This document shows, one piece after another, positions 40,312-50,792 of a stretch of DNA of 64,000 nt (position 1 is the stretch's first letter; each line of letters begins with the position of its first letter). The notes below the pieces were generated by a model, which worked only from the letters and a program-made list of their open reading frames with translations, made no database searches and was not told the origin of the DNA. Source of the DNA: Candidatus Altimarinota bacterium. Its GTDB lineage: Bacteria > Patescibacteriota > Gracilibacteria > CAIRYL01. Location: NCBI GenBank assembly GCA_965250085.1, contig OZ252287.1:512001-576000 (forward strand), in the 5' to 3' direction. The position numbers and the translations under genes were made by a program.

Positions 40312-40649
40312 TGAGTCATTTTTTCTGAGTTCCCGTCAGAATCTTCAGGTAATATTTGCAATCTCTGAAATGCAGATTGTATAATCTCAAATTCCTTCGC
40401 ATTTCTTTGTCGAATCCCAGCACACTTATCATTATGAAGTGCATATAGCACAAGATCTGTTCTCGCTTCTATAGCTTCACAATTCGGCTGTCCTGGTAAG
40501 AGCTTTGCTCCTGTAATCTCTGGATCTGTAAATACTTCTTCACTCAAATCATTAAGGGCACTGAGCTCAGTTATACTCAGACTTTCTAGTCTTAACTGGA
40601 TATCGTCATCGTAGGAATCAGCTAATGAAGGTACTGCATTTGGGAGCAT
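40308..40649 (-). CDS. Hypothetical protein
   Basis: 113-aa acidic ORF with an AT-rich upstream region. Confidence 0.55.
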   Translation of the reverse strand: MLPNAVPSLADSYDDDIQLRLESLSITELSALNDLSEEVFTDPEITGAKLLPGQPNCEAIEARTDLVLYALHNDKCAGIRQRNAKEFEIIQSAFQRLQILPEDSDGNSEKMTH

Positions 40650-40826
40650 GTTGATAGCGTTTAAATATCAGACTTCATTGTATCAAATAATACACTTTTA
40701 CGAAAGGAATCTTTATACTTTTTTTATAAATATTGTTTTTCGAGAATTATGAATATGAATAGGAGGACTTACCTCTTTTCTTCACTTAATATATTTTTTA
40801 TGTTAAAATATTATTCACGAACGTAT

Positions 40827-41870
40827 CCCGCATTCTGTGGTGAAGTGCACCACTTGGGATAAAAAGATATTAGAGATTGTTATAGAAGTCAAAGACATGG
40901 GTGGGAGTTCTAAAGCCGAGAACTTTCATGGGAGTGTTGTTAAGAGTATCAACAAAGGATTGTAACTGGTTTTGAGAGAAATTCTTGAGGTCAGCTTTCT
41001 TAGGGACAAATTTTCTAAGTTTTCCAATGGCGTTTTCTACAGAGCCTTTTTGCCAAGAAGAGTAGGGGTCACAAAAATAAATAGGGATTCTTAAGTCTTT
41101 ATATCTTGTGTTTTCTACACCGTTGTCCAAGGTAAGTGAGTATGCAGGGAGTTGGTGCAGAATGTCTCCAAATCCCTGCATGGATTCTCTGAGCCGAGAC
41201 ACCTTCTTCACGAATATTTTACGAGAGAGTCGTTCTCTAACGATGACAAGAGTTTGTGGGGAAGCTTTCTTGGGTCTGCCCATGGTATCTCCTTCGTAGT
41301 GTCCAAATCTTTTCTTCTGGTTGATATGCTGAGGTCTTTGGGCAATAAACACTCTATCTTTGATGATTTCATGCTTTGATTTCTTCTTTCTCCGTTTACG
41401 CTTCCTATATCTCTTGCGATAAAGAAGAGGACATAGGTCTTGTCCGTGTGCACTGTAGAGATATGTATAGATGGCATCTTTCCCAATACGAACTCTCTTC
41501 TCCAAGTACAGTACTCCTGCAATCTTCTCTGGTGACCATTTTAACAACATCTTTTCTCGCATATACTTCTCTATCTCTCATCATCCTCACGTACCTTCAT
41601 TCCTTGGTATTTACTAAATCTTCTTTTGTTCTGTGCTTTTTGATGAGCCTTACACGCATCGTATCCTCCTCTCTTCATCTTCCGCTTGAGCTCTCTGATG
41701 ATTGTAGAGTGACTCCTGTTCATCGCTTTGGCTATCGATCTCATCGAATACCCTTTGGAGTGGAGTATTAAGAGTTCTTGTCTCTCGCTCTTACTGAAGT
41801 GTTCATAGTTGTTCATGCACCTAGAGTATTAAATTCTTCCGAGGTGGTGCACTTCAAACTCGAATTGAGG
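40827..41870 (-). mobile_element. IS30-family insertion sequence
   Basis: Inverted repeat core TGAAGTGCACCAC (40841) / GTGGTGCACTTCA (41844); likely 3-bp TAT duplication at the outer ends. Confidence 0.82.
40870..41816 (-). pseudogene. IS30 transposase split by a frameshift near 41575
   Basis: HTH segment S.R.IA..MNRS.STI.REL, then WSPEKIA, GHYEGDT, T.DNG.E and PYSSWQKG..EN in another frame; the break is at a GAGAGA run. Confidence 0.85.
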
Positions 41871-41881
41871 TATTTAAAAAA

Positions 41882-43279
41882 ATGTCAAACAAAGAAATTC
41901 AACAGAAAGCGGTATCTCTCCAAGAAAAAATTCGACCTCTCCCGTGGAATAAAATCTGCCCATTGCCAGATTTTCCTCAGGATATTTCTCATTCCACAAG
42001 AGAACAATTCGGTGCCGCTCTTAAAGGAAGAATTTCAACAAAGAGTGATACAGGTCTCACTGCTATGGATTTCTTTTCCATTCCTCGTGATTTATCCGAT
42101 GCAGACCTTTTGAACTTAGCAAGAGAATATCTTGAGGTAGAAGATCTAAAAGAAGCATTGATACAAATAAAATTGTGCCTTAAAGAGGCTCAAGATTTTC
42201 TCAAAAATTATTTACACATTAATATCCCAAAGGACGTTACGGCAACCGTTAAGGAATTCCTCTTAAATACTAAAAGCACGAAAGACATTCTTGCTTTTCT
42301 GCGGAGATCAAGTTCCTTGCGATCAGAAAACAGCTCAGTCGGCTTTGGTCCTGTGTACTGTGCCCTCAATTCTATAGCAATGGCCTCTTGGGAGAATAGA
42401 AAATCTGAACTTCGAAATCTTCAAAAAGAATGTGAAGAGTTTTACAGTAGTATTTTTGAAGTGGATAAAAATGGAGAGTCTAATTTTGTGCGTATCCGAT
42501 CTGTAGGAGGATCTTGGGATGAAGCGATAATCATTACTGGCGCAAAGGAACATTTAAAATCCCGAATTGGATATCGCGGAAAAAGTCCCGAAAGATGTCT
42601 GTGTAAAATGATAAAAAAACCAGAGAGAGATTCTCATGAAGTAATTAAAGATGGCTTTGGACTCCGGTTCGAAGTAGAAAATGAGAAAGATGGAACAGAA
42701 CTCATGTTTTTTCTCACTCGCTGGCTGCAAGACAACCAAAAAGTATCACCTCAATTGCAAATAAAAGAATCCAACTTCTTTCCTCCAGCACAGAGAGAAA
42801 AAATTATTTCAGATATTCATGATATCCCATGTAGTTTTATTGAAAGTTTTAATGCTTCCTCGCACAAAGATTTTTCATCCCTCAGAATAAAAACAGATAT
42901 CGATATAGGAAGTGGGGAGAAAGAGGCTCCTCGATCTTTAGAAATACAAATTGCAGTAGTGGGAGGCAACAATGAACGTAAATTTTCACGTCATGAGATC
43001 TATGAAGGAATCCAAAAACTTTCTGTCGTTTCGAGACTCTTTGGGTCTTTCTCCGAAAAATATTTGGATAAGATACTTGAAGAGATGGCAATTTTGACAG
43101 GAATAAGTGCAGAAAAAATAAGACAGTATCTTGTTCGCGAAGGGTTCATCCAAAGAATAGAGGGAAAGAGAAAAAGTAAAGCCGTACGATATATCTCTCA
43201 GGAACACGCAGAAAGATGGTCGGAACTTAATGCACTCCCTCCAAAAGTCACGATCCGGGCGATCGAAAAGGCGGCCTAA
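41882..43279 (+). CDS. Protein with a RelA/SpoT synthetase-like nucleotidyltransferase domain
   Basis: RGKSPERCLCK, IKDGFGLRF, DFSSL, LEIQI and RHEIY appear in the order of the RSH synthetase motifs. Confidence 0.6.
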   Translation: MSNKEIQQKAVSLQEKIRPLPWNKICPLPDFPQDISHSTREQFGAALKGRISTKSDTGLTAMDFFSIPRDLSDADLLNLAREYLEVEDLKEALIQIKLCLKEAQDFLKNYLHINIPKDVTATVKEFLLNTKSTKDILAFLRRSSSLRSENSSVGFGPVYCALNSIAMASWENRKSELRNLQKECEEFYSSIFEVDKNGESNFVRIRSVGGSWDEAIIITGAKEHLKSRIGYRGKSPERCLCKMIKKPERDSHEVIKDGFGLRFEVENEKDGTELMFFLTRWLQDNQKVSPQLQIKESNFFPPAQREKIISDIHDIPCSFIESFNASSHKDFSSLRIKTDIDIGSGEKEAPRSLEIQIAVVGGNNERKFSRHEIYEGIQKLSVVSRLFGSFSEKYLDKILEEMAILTGISAEKIRQYLVREGFIQRIEGKRKSKAVRYISQEHAERWSELNALPPKVTIRAIEKAA

Positions 43280-43289
43280 TGTTTAGGCT

Positions 43290-44507
43290 CTACAAAAGCG
43301 ATTTTTGTACTTCCTTGAGGTCTTTTTCACTAATAGGTGTTTTTGGCGCAATTAACGCATCTATATCCTTTTCTTGTTCTTCCAAATTCTGAGCAAGACG
43401 CTTGAGATCAGATTCATTAAGCCTTGGAGGGCGCATATTCTTTTTTTTCACTTCTACTTCTTCTCGTACATCTTCGTTAATTCCTCCTTTCTGATTCATC
43501 ACATTCACTCCTTCTTGAGCCAATAAAATATTGGCGGCATTTTGAAATGAAATATGTCGATCATAGCGAGCAATAAGATCTATAATTCTCTCTCTATCTT
43601 GGGGGTCAAATTCAGAAATCTGTTCATATTCGGTAATACGTTTATATGCTGAAAGGATTGATTCTATGCTTTCTTTTCCAATAATAAAGAAAGAAAATCC
43701 TTCTTCATAAAAGAATGTTTTTTTGAGATTTGTAAGTTCTCCAGAAGGTACCACAAAAAAAGCGACAGGATAAATTTTTGATTTATTTTTGCTTTTCTGG
43801 ATCTTCATTGCCGTTTTTTTGACTTGATCATTTATGTAATTCCCAAGGTCTTTTGATTTTTTCGCATCAAAAATCATGTATTGACCCAAAAAATTAACTA
43901 AAAAATCTGGCTTGAGCTTGCCATCAAAATCACTTGGCAGTTTTGTGTTTTCATAATATGAGAATCCTATAGCTGAGTTTTGACAAGTGTCTCTCAGCAC
44001 ATGGAGCACCATATTCTCATGTTCATTCCAGAGCCTGTCCCATTCTCCCTTTTCTTCTGCAAGCTTTTCTTCATCTTCACGTTGTACGCGCTCTTGTTCC
44101 GCTTCAAGTTTTTTCCGTGCATTTTCAAGTTGATCACTTTTACGTTCAAAGTCTTTTTCTCTTTGATTTTTCTCACTTTCAAATGTTGCTATTTTTTCTT
44201 TGAGTTCATCACGATCAACCCGTAAATTTTTATTTTCTTCTTTGTATCCAGTAATTTCTGCAAAAAGCTGTTTTCCCTTTCCTTCCAGTTCTTTCTTATC
44301 TCCTTTTTCAGAATCCAGTTCTGCTTGAGTTTTTATAAGTTCTTTTTCTGTTTGTTCAAGATTACTCTCAATCTTTGTTTTTTCTTGTATTAGATTTTTG
44401 ACCTCCGAGTCTTGAGGAGATCTGTTTTGTTGGCGTAAAAACCAAGAAAGAAGCAAAAATCCTCCCGAAAGGATCACCAGCACAAGAATCTGAAAACCAT
44501 CCATCAT
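43290..44507 (-). CDS. RmuC-like membrane-anchored coiled-coil protein with a PD-(D/E)xK-like domain
   Basis: N-terminal TM helix, long coiled coil, KPDFLV...IFDAK and FFVVP motifs. Confidence 0.65.
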   Translation of the reverse strand: MMDGFQILVLVILSGGFLLLSWFLRQQNRSPQDSEVKNLIQEKTKIESNLEQTEKELIKTQAELDSEKGDKKELEGKGKQLFAEITGYKEENKNLRVDRDELKEKIATFESEKNQREKDFERKSDQLENARKKLEAEQERVQREDEEKLAEEKGEWDRLWNEHENMVLHVLRDTCQNSAIGFSYYENTKLPSDFDGKLKPDFLVNFLGQYMIFDAKKSKDLGNYINDQVKKTAMKIQKSKNKSKIYPVAFFVVPSGELTNLKKTFFYEEGFSFFIIGKESIESILSAYKRITEYEQISEFDPQDRERIIDLIARYDRHISFQNAANILLAQEGVNVMNQKGGINEDVREEVEVKKKNMRPPRLNESDLKRLAQNLEEQEKDIDALIAPKTPISEKDLKEVQKSLL

Positions 44508-44662
44508 TTTTTTCTGAAAACGCCCTAATATTTTCTCAAGAAACTCAAGAAAAAGAAAGAACTATTTGACGCTGAGTAGGTTTTCTGAAACCATACACGT
44601 TGCATTTTTGAAGGAAAGAAAGATCTTCCGACAAAAACATTTTATTCTTTTATTTCTATCTC

Positions 44663-44998
44663 ATGGGAGACGATCCATTTGCAGATTTTGACACAGAAGA
44701 GACTGCCTCTTCAGAATCTGAAAAATCCACATCGGAGACCGGCGATGCTGCAGCGTCAACATCAAGTGCAGGTACTTCACCATCAACAGGTGGGAGGCGA
44801 TTTGCCGACGAACTGTATTCTGAAAAAATAAGTGCAAAATTTCGCACTTTTTTTATCGACCTGAAAGAAAGTTCAAACGGAAAGTTTGTAAAAATTTCTG
44901 AAAAATCTCGCGGCGGACAAAAGAGCACCATTATGTTTGATGCCGAGGATATTGACTCAATGATCGAGGCTCTGCAGAAAGTCAAAGAGCATATTTAA
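44663..44998 (+). CDS. PurA-like ssDNA/RNA-binding protein (DUF3276-like)
   Basis: ELYSEKI....RTFFIDLKE..NG.FVKISE.....KSTI motif. Confidence 0.75.
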   Translation: MGDDPFADFDTEETASSESEKSTSETGDAAASTSSAGTSPSTGGRRFADELYSEKISAKFRTFFIDLKESSNGKFVKISEKSRGGQKSTIMFDAEDIDSMIEALQKVKEHI

Positions 44999-45023
44999 GC
45001 ACTATCGAAGATCTTGGTTCTAT

Positions 45024-45056
45024 AAAAAAAGGAATGGAGAAATGCATTCCTTTTTT
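45024..45056. terminator. Bidirectional intrinsic terminator
   Basis: AAAAAAGGAATG-N8-CATTCCTTTTTT between convergent genes. Confidence 0.75.
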
Positions 45057-45076
45057 GTGTTTTATAAGCATCATAA

Positions 45077-45525
45077 AAAGGTCTGATAAGCCGGGTTCTG
45101 TTCTCCCGCTCTGGCGAGAGAGATGATCATCTATCTTGAGAAAAAATTGCTCTTTTCTTCACGCAGCGGGAAAATATACAAATCATAACAGACAGCTCCT
45201 CTTTGAATATTTTCCATCCCGCCTTGCTGGGAGCTGGGGTTTACCAAGGTCTCATCGTTACCGATGAGCTCCCCGCCCGTAAGGCAGGGCTTTTCACATT
45301 CCCCCCGCCCGCAAAGGTCGGGGTTATAGTCTCTGTGGCACTTTCCGTTCCCGCACTTTTTTATACTCTTCTCTGTAATTTATTAATAACAAAGTATAAA
45401 AAAGTGCGGGACACTCCTGTTAGGAGTCAGCCTTCTGTTCCCAGCCCGGACTTTCCTTCCCGCACCTTTTGCGATCAATGTTTGTGAGTAATCACAAAAG
45501 GTGCGGGACGATCATCTAGACCTTT
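45077..45525 (-). ncRNA. rnpB: RNase P RNA
   Basis: Minus strand has GGAAAGTCCGGGC, GAAAGTGCCACAG, GGTAAACCCC and ACAGAACCCGGCTTA; terminal AAAGGTCT/AGACCTTT pairing. Confidence 0.93.
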
Positions 45526-45613
45526 CTATGAAGGAGCTCAATGATACTACAAAATCTTTGACCCGAGAAGTATTTTTTCTGTACAATCCTGCCGCTCTTT
45601 GTCACTTCAGGGT

Positions 45614-45688
45614 GCCGGCATAGCTCAGTGGTAGAGCAACTGTCTTGTAAACAGTAGGTCCTCGGTTCAAATCCGAGTGCCGGCTCCA
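45614..45688 (+). tRNA. tRNA-Thr(TGT)
   Basis: GCCGGCATAGCTCAGTGGTAGAGC ACTGT-CT-TGT-AA-ACAGT ...GCCGGCTCCA. Confidence 0.96.
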
Positions 45689-45802
45689 CAGTTGAATTTG
45701 CGATCATCTCGACGTAAGAGTCGAGAAAGTTCGGAAAGATACTGTGTCCCGCACACAAACGCAGTGAGTGGTGCGGGGCTATGAGATTTCCTTTAAAATT
45801 TT

Positions 45803-45887
45803 GGGCGGTTAGCCAAGCGGTCAACGGCGACAGACTGTAAATCTGTTCTCTCTGAGTTCGGGGGTTCGAATCCCTCACCGCCCACCA
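45803..45887 (+). tRNA. tRNA-Tyr(GTA)
   Basis: GGGCGGTTAGCCAAGCGG...ACAGA-CT-GTA-AA-TCTGT, long variable arm, ends CCGCCCACCA. Confidence 0.96.
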
Positions 45888-47538
45888 TTAACAAGGGAAA
45901 CACTCTGCTGAGATGTTTCTTTTGGCTTATCTAAGCTATTTTCAAGTTCGAACAATTCCAAGTCTCTGGATCTATAAGGTGGTTCGAATTTAAAAAACAC
46001 TTTTACACCAACAACATCATCATTTTTCACCACTTCAACTCTGTCTATAAGAATATCAGCAAGGGTTATTTTTTGGTCATAAGTAAGGTTCTCAATTTTC
46101 CCCTCAAAGTTTTTAGAAAAATCTTCAATAGCATCTTTAGAAATTTGAGCCTCAACAATTTGATCTATTTCTTTTTCAGTCTTATCTAGCTCTATTTTGA
46201 GATTGCCCATATTCTTCTCACACTTGTTTTCTATCCTTTTTCTTGTTTCTTCATCTATACCTCCACTAAAGTTATCAATAACAGCGTTATCAATGATTTC
46301 TTGTTGTTTCTGGATACTATCCAAGTAAAAATCTCTTTTCCTTTCTAGTGTTTCCAATCTTTTTCCTAACTTTGTTTGTTTTTTATAGAGCTTAAAGAAT
46401 TTTTTTGGTTTTTGAATAGCAAGCTTTATATGTTCCCAAACAAATGATTCCAAAGCCACTCCTGATACTTCTATATTTCCAAACACTTCTCCAGTTTTTT
46501 TATCAGTAAACTTTTGTCTCTTATAACTAATTCCACCAGCCTGAGTTTTATATGACTTAAATGTAGTTTCTGTTAGGGGATCAATCACTTTTCTGCTCAA
46601 GAGAAATCTTCTATGTGAAGCAGTTCTTTTGTCTTTATTCCTACTCACTTCCTCTATACGTCTTTGAGCTTGGTCAAATAAGGAGTTTGATATGATTCTT
46701 GGAACACTGGTGTGTATAAGCTCATCCTCACCATCATCATCATTCTTGAACTTATAAATACGGACACCAACATAAGAGCTATTTTTTAGAATATTGGAAA
46801 TTCTATATCCTCTCCAAGTTTTTTTACCTAATTTCCCTGTGAGTCAGCATTATGAACCCCTAACTTATTTAAGTGTCTGGCTATTTGCTCATAATTCATC
46901 TGTTCATACACAAACCAACTAAAAATCTGTTGTACCGTTTTCTTCCTTTGACTTACCACTACAAGCTTACTTCCTTTTTCATCAATATGTTTTTTGGGCT
47001 TATAGCCATAAGGAACACCATTACCAATATAATAACCTCTTCTAGCAGCAGCTTTCTTTCCTTCAATTGTTCTCATTTTAATTGTTTCTCTCTCGAATTC
47101 AGCAAGTGCTCCAAAAATTTGGAATGTAAGCCTTCCTATAGCACCTGTAACATCAAAATTTTCTTTATATGAGAAGAATCCAACACCATACTCTTTTAAC
47201 TGTTCAAAAATCCTCAGAAGTTCACTCAGGGATCTAGAAAGACGATCAATTTTCCACACAGCTATCATATCAAACATGCCTTTCTTAGCATCTTCCATCA
47301 TTCTTTTGTACTCTGGTCTTTCTGAAGAGCTTCCACTTTCTCCTGCATCAACATACATCCATTCTGGTTTATGAACCCAATTATCTTTTTTTGATCGATA
47401 TTTAACCTCCCCTGAGAGATCATCCTCCTGATATTCAAGACCATAACCACCAGATACCTGCTCATAAGTAGACACCCTAATGTATATAGCTACTCTTACT
47501 ACATCTTTTTTCTTATGTCTTTGATCTGTTTCCTTCAT
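45875..47538 (-). pseudogene. Large serine recombinase, frameshifted near 46840
   Basis: AIYIRVST.EQ, D.G.SG...RP and KIDRLSR motifs. The shifted frame continues TWRGYRISNILKNSSYVG...PRIISNSLFDQAQ into ORF 45875-46648. Confidence 0.85.
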
Positions 47539-47685
47539 GTCACATTGAAAAAATATATTCGGATTCTCTTCCAGTACATTTCAGAAATCAAATTATTAGC
47601 AACTTTTTCAAAAAACTATAGCCATATTTTTAACCTATATTCATTTCAAATCGAATCCCTCATTGCTTTAGTATCATCCAATTCA

Positions 47686-48132
47686 TTAACCGTTAAAAAA
47701 ACCAAAAGAAGCAAGTGCATCTGCTACTAGGACATCACATTCTTTTCCAGAATCTTCTTCAAACACAGCCTCTATTTTGGTGGTGATCTGATTTCCTTTA
47801 TATGGTTCTATTGTCATTTCAACTCCCAATTCATCAATGGTTTTTGGACTGACTTGATTATCAAAATCTTTTCTTTCCTTTTTAAGCCTCTTTAGTAATT
47901 CTAATTCTTCTTTTAATGGTAATACAGACCACCAAATGTCATGATCTGGATCGAAGTATGCATTTGCCTCATCCTGTATCCACTTTTTTACTGCCTCATT
48001 TGTCTCAAGTTCAGGATATCTCTTTTTTGATTCTTGTTTGATATAACTATTGTGTTTTTTTCTCCAAGCTTGATGTTTAGCAATCAGATTTTTTATATCA
48101 ACCTTGGGATTTTTAGCTTTTTCCTTTTTCAT
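47686..48132 (-). CDS. Hypothetical protein
   Basis: 148-aa charged ORF in the island. Confidence 0.6.
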   Translation of the reverse strand: MKKEKAKNPKVDIKNLIAKHQAWRKKHNSYIKQESKKRYPELETNEAVKKWIQDEANAYFDPDHDIWWSVLPLKEELELLKRLKKERKDFDNQVSPKTIDELGVEMTIEPYKGNQITTKIEAVFEEDSGKECDVLVADALASFGFFNG

Positions 48133-48348
48133 AATGCCTCAAATAAATCTTTGAAATGACATCTTCATCATAGCATTTTTATCAAATATCCTCTTTCTAT
48201 TTTTGTCACAATCAGCTTAAATTATAACTGGTCTCTCAAAGTTAGTTCTTTTAATGCTACAGCGTTTCTAACGCTACACAATGACAAGCTGGGGCAACTC
48301 AGTGGACACATTGTGTAGTGAAAGCTAACTTTGTGAGACCACCCTGAG

Positions 48349-48696
48349 TTGTCCCTTTTGGTGTTCCCTATGAAAGTACTTGTAATATTGTTTCTCATAG
48401 CCCTTACAATTGTTATTTTCCGTAAAGCAAAAGAATGGAAACACTACCAAAAAGTAGCAGAAGAAAAAATGACACAATATTCTAAATCATCTGGCAGTAT
48501 TTCAGATCAGGTCATAAAGAACTGCCCTCATTGTCACCACAAGGGAAGTATCAGAGATTTTGGTACATGGGAGAAGGATGGCAAAAGAGGGCTTCTTGGA
48601 AAAACACCAGAAGGGCATATCATATTCTTATGTCCAGAATGCAATGAAGAGATAAAGTTTGATCCTCTTTTAGATCAGTTTCTTAAGAATAAGTAA
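48349..48696 (+). CDS. Membrane-anchored zinc-ribbon protein
   Basis: N-terminal TM helix, CPHC and CPEC pairs. Confidence 0.6.
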   Translation: MSLLVFPMKVLVILFLIALTIVIFRKAKEWKHYQKVAEEKMTQYSKSSGSISDQVIKNCPHCHHKGSIRDFGTWEKDGKRGLLGKTPEGHIIFLCPECNEEIKFDPLLDQFLKNK

Positions 48697-49065
48697 GAAG
48701 ATGTCAAAATATTCAGGGTGAAGTTTTTCAGGATGAAATGAGAAATAAAAAATTCTAAAAAAAATTGATACAGAATTTTTCCAATTAGCAATGGCAAGTT
48801 AATGCCTCATTTGTGTCAGTAAGTACCAAGGTTCTTTTTTTAGATGTCATAGGAATCCTGATCCAAAGGTATAGGGGGGGGGTAGGGATAAGCCAAGCTT
48901 TTCATATTTTCTTTCCATGACAAGCAGGGTTTTTACCAAAAAACATTAGAATTACCAAAGAAATGGCATAAATTTTTATCATATGGCTGAATTTGCCCCC
49001 TTCAAGTCTTAGTATAAAGATGCTATCTTTACTAGTAGTTTATATCTATATTAACGTATTACAAT

Positions 49066-49962
49066 ATGGGTAAAAAAAGCAGATTAAAAAAAGAAAGGAA
49101 GGCAAAGGTGTCAAAGGCAAAGTCCTTTAATATTTTAAGAAAGGCACACCAGCCAGATAAGCATGATTTCTATCCAAGATTGCTTTTTAGCATTGGTAAA
49201 ATTAGGAAAAATGTTTTCGATGAAGGGAAATTGAGAAACAAATTTGATAATTACCAATCAGCTGTTGTTCAAAATGTTCTGGAAGCAGAGTATGCAAAAC
49301 GGAAAATTGCAGAGCTAATGCTGGATCATTCAAAAAAAATTAAGAAAGGCAGGGCTACTATCATCAATGGAAATACTATTCAAATTGATATAATTGATTT
49401 TGAGTTAAATGTCTTCTTTAAGGATTTTGTAATCAGATCAATTATGGCATTAGACAATCTACAGGATTTATGTAGATTCTTAGATTTTGAATTTCTTTTA
49501 TGGGCAAAGGAAGAGAAATTTCTAAGTCAATTAGAAATGCTGGAAAAGAGGTATAAAAAAGCTACAAGAGGTGGGGATGTAGGTTTACTTTTTACTATTA
49601 TCAAAAGCCATAAAGAAGTTTGGATTGAAACATTTAAAAAGTTAAGAAATAAAATTGAACATGAAGGTTTTCAATTGCCTGAAGTCCAATATAAAATTTC
49701 TAGAAATGGTCAAATAACACCCTGTTTTCCATGCTTGGCTGCTACTGAAAAATTAGAAGCTTCTTTAGAAGCCTTATGGGGGAACCTTTTTACATTCTGT
49801 GAGGAAATGATGGCTTTAGTTTTAGCACTAAAAATTAAATCACCTTTTTGTGTTGTACATTTACCAGAGGAGAACAGAGATTCAACATTCCCTATAAGAT
49901 TTAAAATTAGTTTGTCTCCAAAGGATTTACAGCAAATAGCTCGTTTAAATTCTGAAAACTAG
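49066..49962 (+). CDS. Putative HEPN-domain protein
   Basis: Helical protein with F......ALD and an R-x4-H motif (RNKIEH). Confidence 0.5.
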   Translation: MGKKSRLKKERKAKVSKAKSFNILRKAHQPDKHDFYPRLLFSIGKIRKNVFDEGKLRNKFDNYQSAVVQNVLEAEYAKRKIAELMLDHSKKIKKGRATIINGNTIQIDIIDFELNVFFKDFVIRSIMALDNLQDLCRFLDFEFLLWAKEEKFLSQLEMLEKRYKKATRGGDVGLLFTIIKSHKEVWIETFKKLRNKIEHEGFQLPEVQYKISRNGQITPCFPCLAATEKLEASLEALWGNLFTFCEEMMALVLALKIKSPFCVVHLPEENRDSTFPIRFKISLSPKDLQQIARLNSEN

Positions 49963-50341
49963 CATCTCTACTTTTCCTCTTAGGATACTCATACCACCCC
50001 AAAATCCTACCCATCAGTGACACAGCCCTCAATTGAGTATTGTAGTCAGGTCTCACAGCCACAACCCTCCCATGCTTATAAATACGGACAGTAGCATTCA
50101 GGCATTTTTTAAGAGTTTTAGCAGCATCTACTTCAGTAACATCAGCATCTTCCTCTAACCTCTTCCTAATCACTCTATTCACATGAGGCTTTCTAGCAAT
50201 TCTCCCAGGTGATTTTGGAGAATATCCAGAATCACGGGCAGCTTGGGTCAGTTTTCCTGTTTTAAATAAAGCATTCACAAAGAGCTTCTCTCTAAAACTA
50301 AGAGGTCTGTATTCATCATTTCTTGGTATAGATTTCTTCAT
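49907..50341 (-). CDS. Phage terminase small-subunit-like protein
   Basis: LS.REKLFV.......TQAA..SGYS.KS helix-turn-helix pattern and C-terminal A..L.GR.LG.Y. Confidence 0.65.
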   Translation of the reverse strand: MKKSIPRNDEYRPLSFREKLFVNALFKTGKLTQAARDSGYSPKSPGRIARKPHVNRVIRKRLEEDADVTEVDAAKTLKKCLNATVRIYKHGRVVAVRPDYNTQLRAVSLMGRILGWYEYPKRKSRDASFQNLNELFAVNPLETN

Positions 50342-50385
50342 AGTAGAGAGATTAGGAATATTCCCCTGTACAACTTCACCCTGAA

Positions 50386-50676
50386 TTATTTGGCATTAGC
50401 TTTCACATCTTTCAAACTTGTCACAAATGCCTCAATAAAGCCATGAAGCTCTTTTCCTTCTGGCTTTATCATACTCATGAGCAGATTCATACAGCTTTCA
50501 TTCACATCCTCACTAATGTTGTAAGCATCATGAAGAACAAGAAAGCAATTTCTCAACTGGTCCACTTGTTTTTTGGAAAGCCTTAATAAGACACTGTCAG
50601 CATTTTCTGAAGTATCACTTTCAGGAATAAGGTCAAAGAGTGTCATAGTAAGATCAGTAAAATATTTCATAATCAA
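50386..50676 (-). CDS. Hypothetical protein
   Basis: 96-aa ORF co-oriented upstream of the TerS-like gene. Confidence 0.5.
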   Translation of the reverse strand: MIMKYFTDLTMTLFDLIPESDTSENADSVLLRLSKKQVDQLRNCFLVLHDAYNISEDVNESCMNLLMSMIKPEGKELHGFIEAFVTSLKDVKANAK

Positions 50677-50792
50677 TCTTGCTAGAAATTATTCTCCATT
50701 CCTCTAAAGAAGTCGAGCCAAATATTATCCAAAAACTTATAATATCGGATTTGGTTGACAAAACTTATAGAAATTATTAAAATGTAAAACTT

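Noticed and set aside
45203-45878. ORFs of 94 and 120 aa over rnpB and the tRNAs (also 29068-29406 over tRNA-Pro)
   Set aside because: They are antisense shadows of structural RNA genes.
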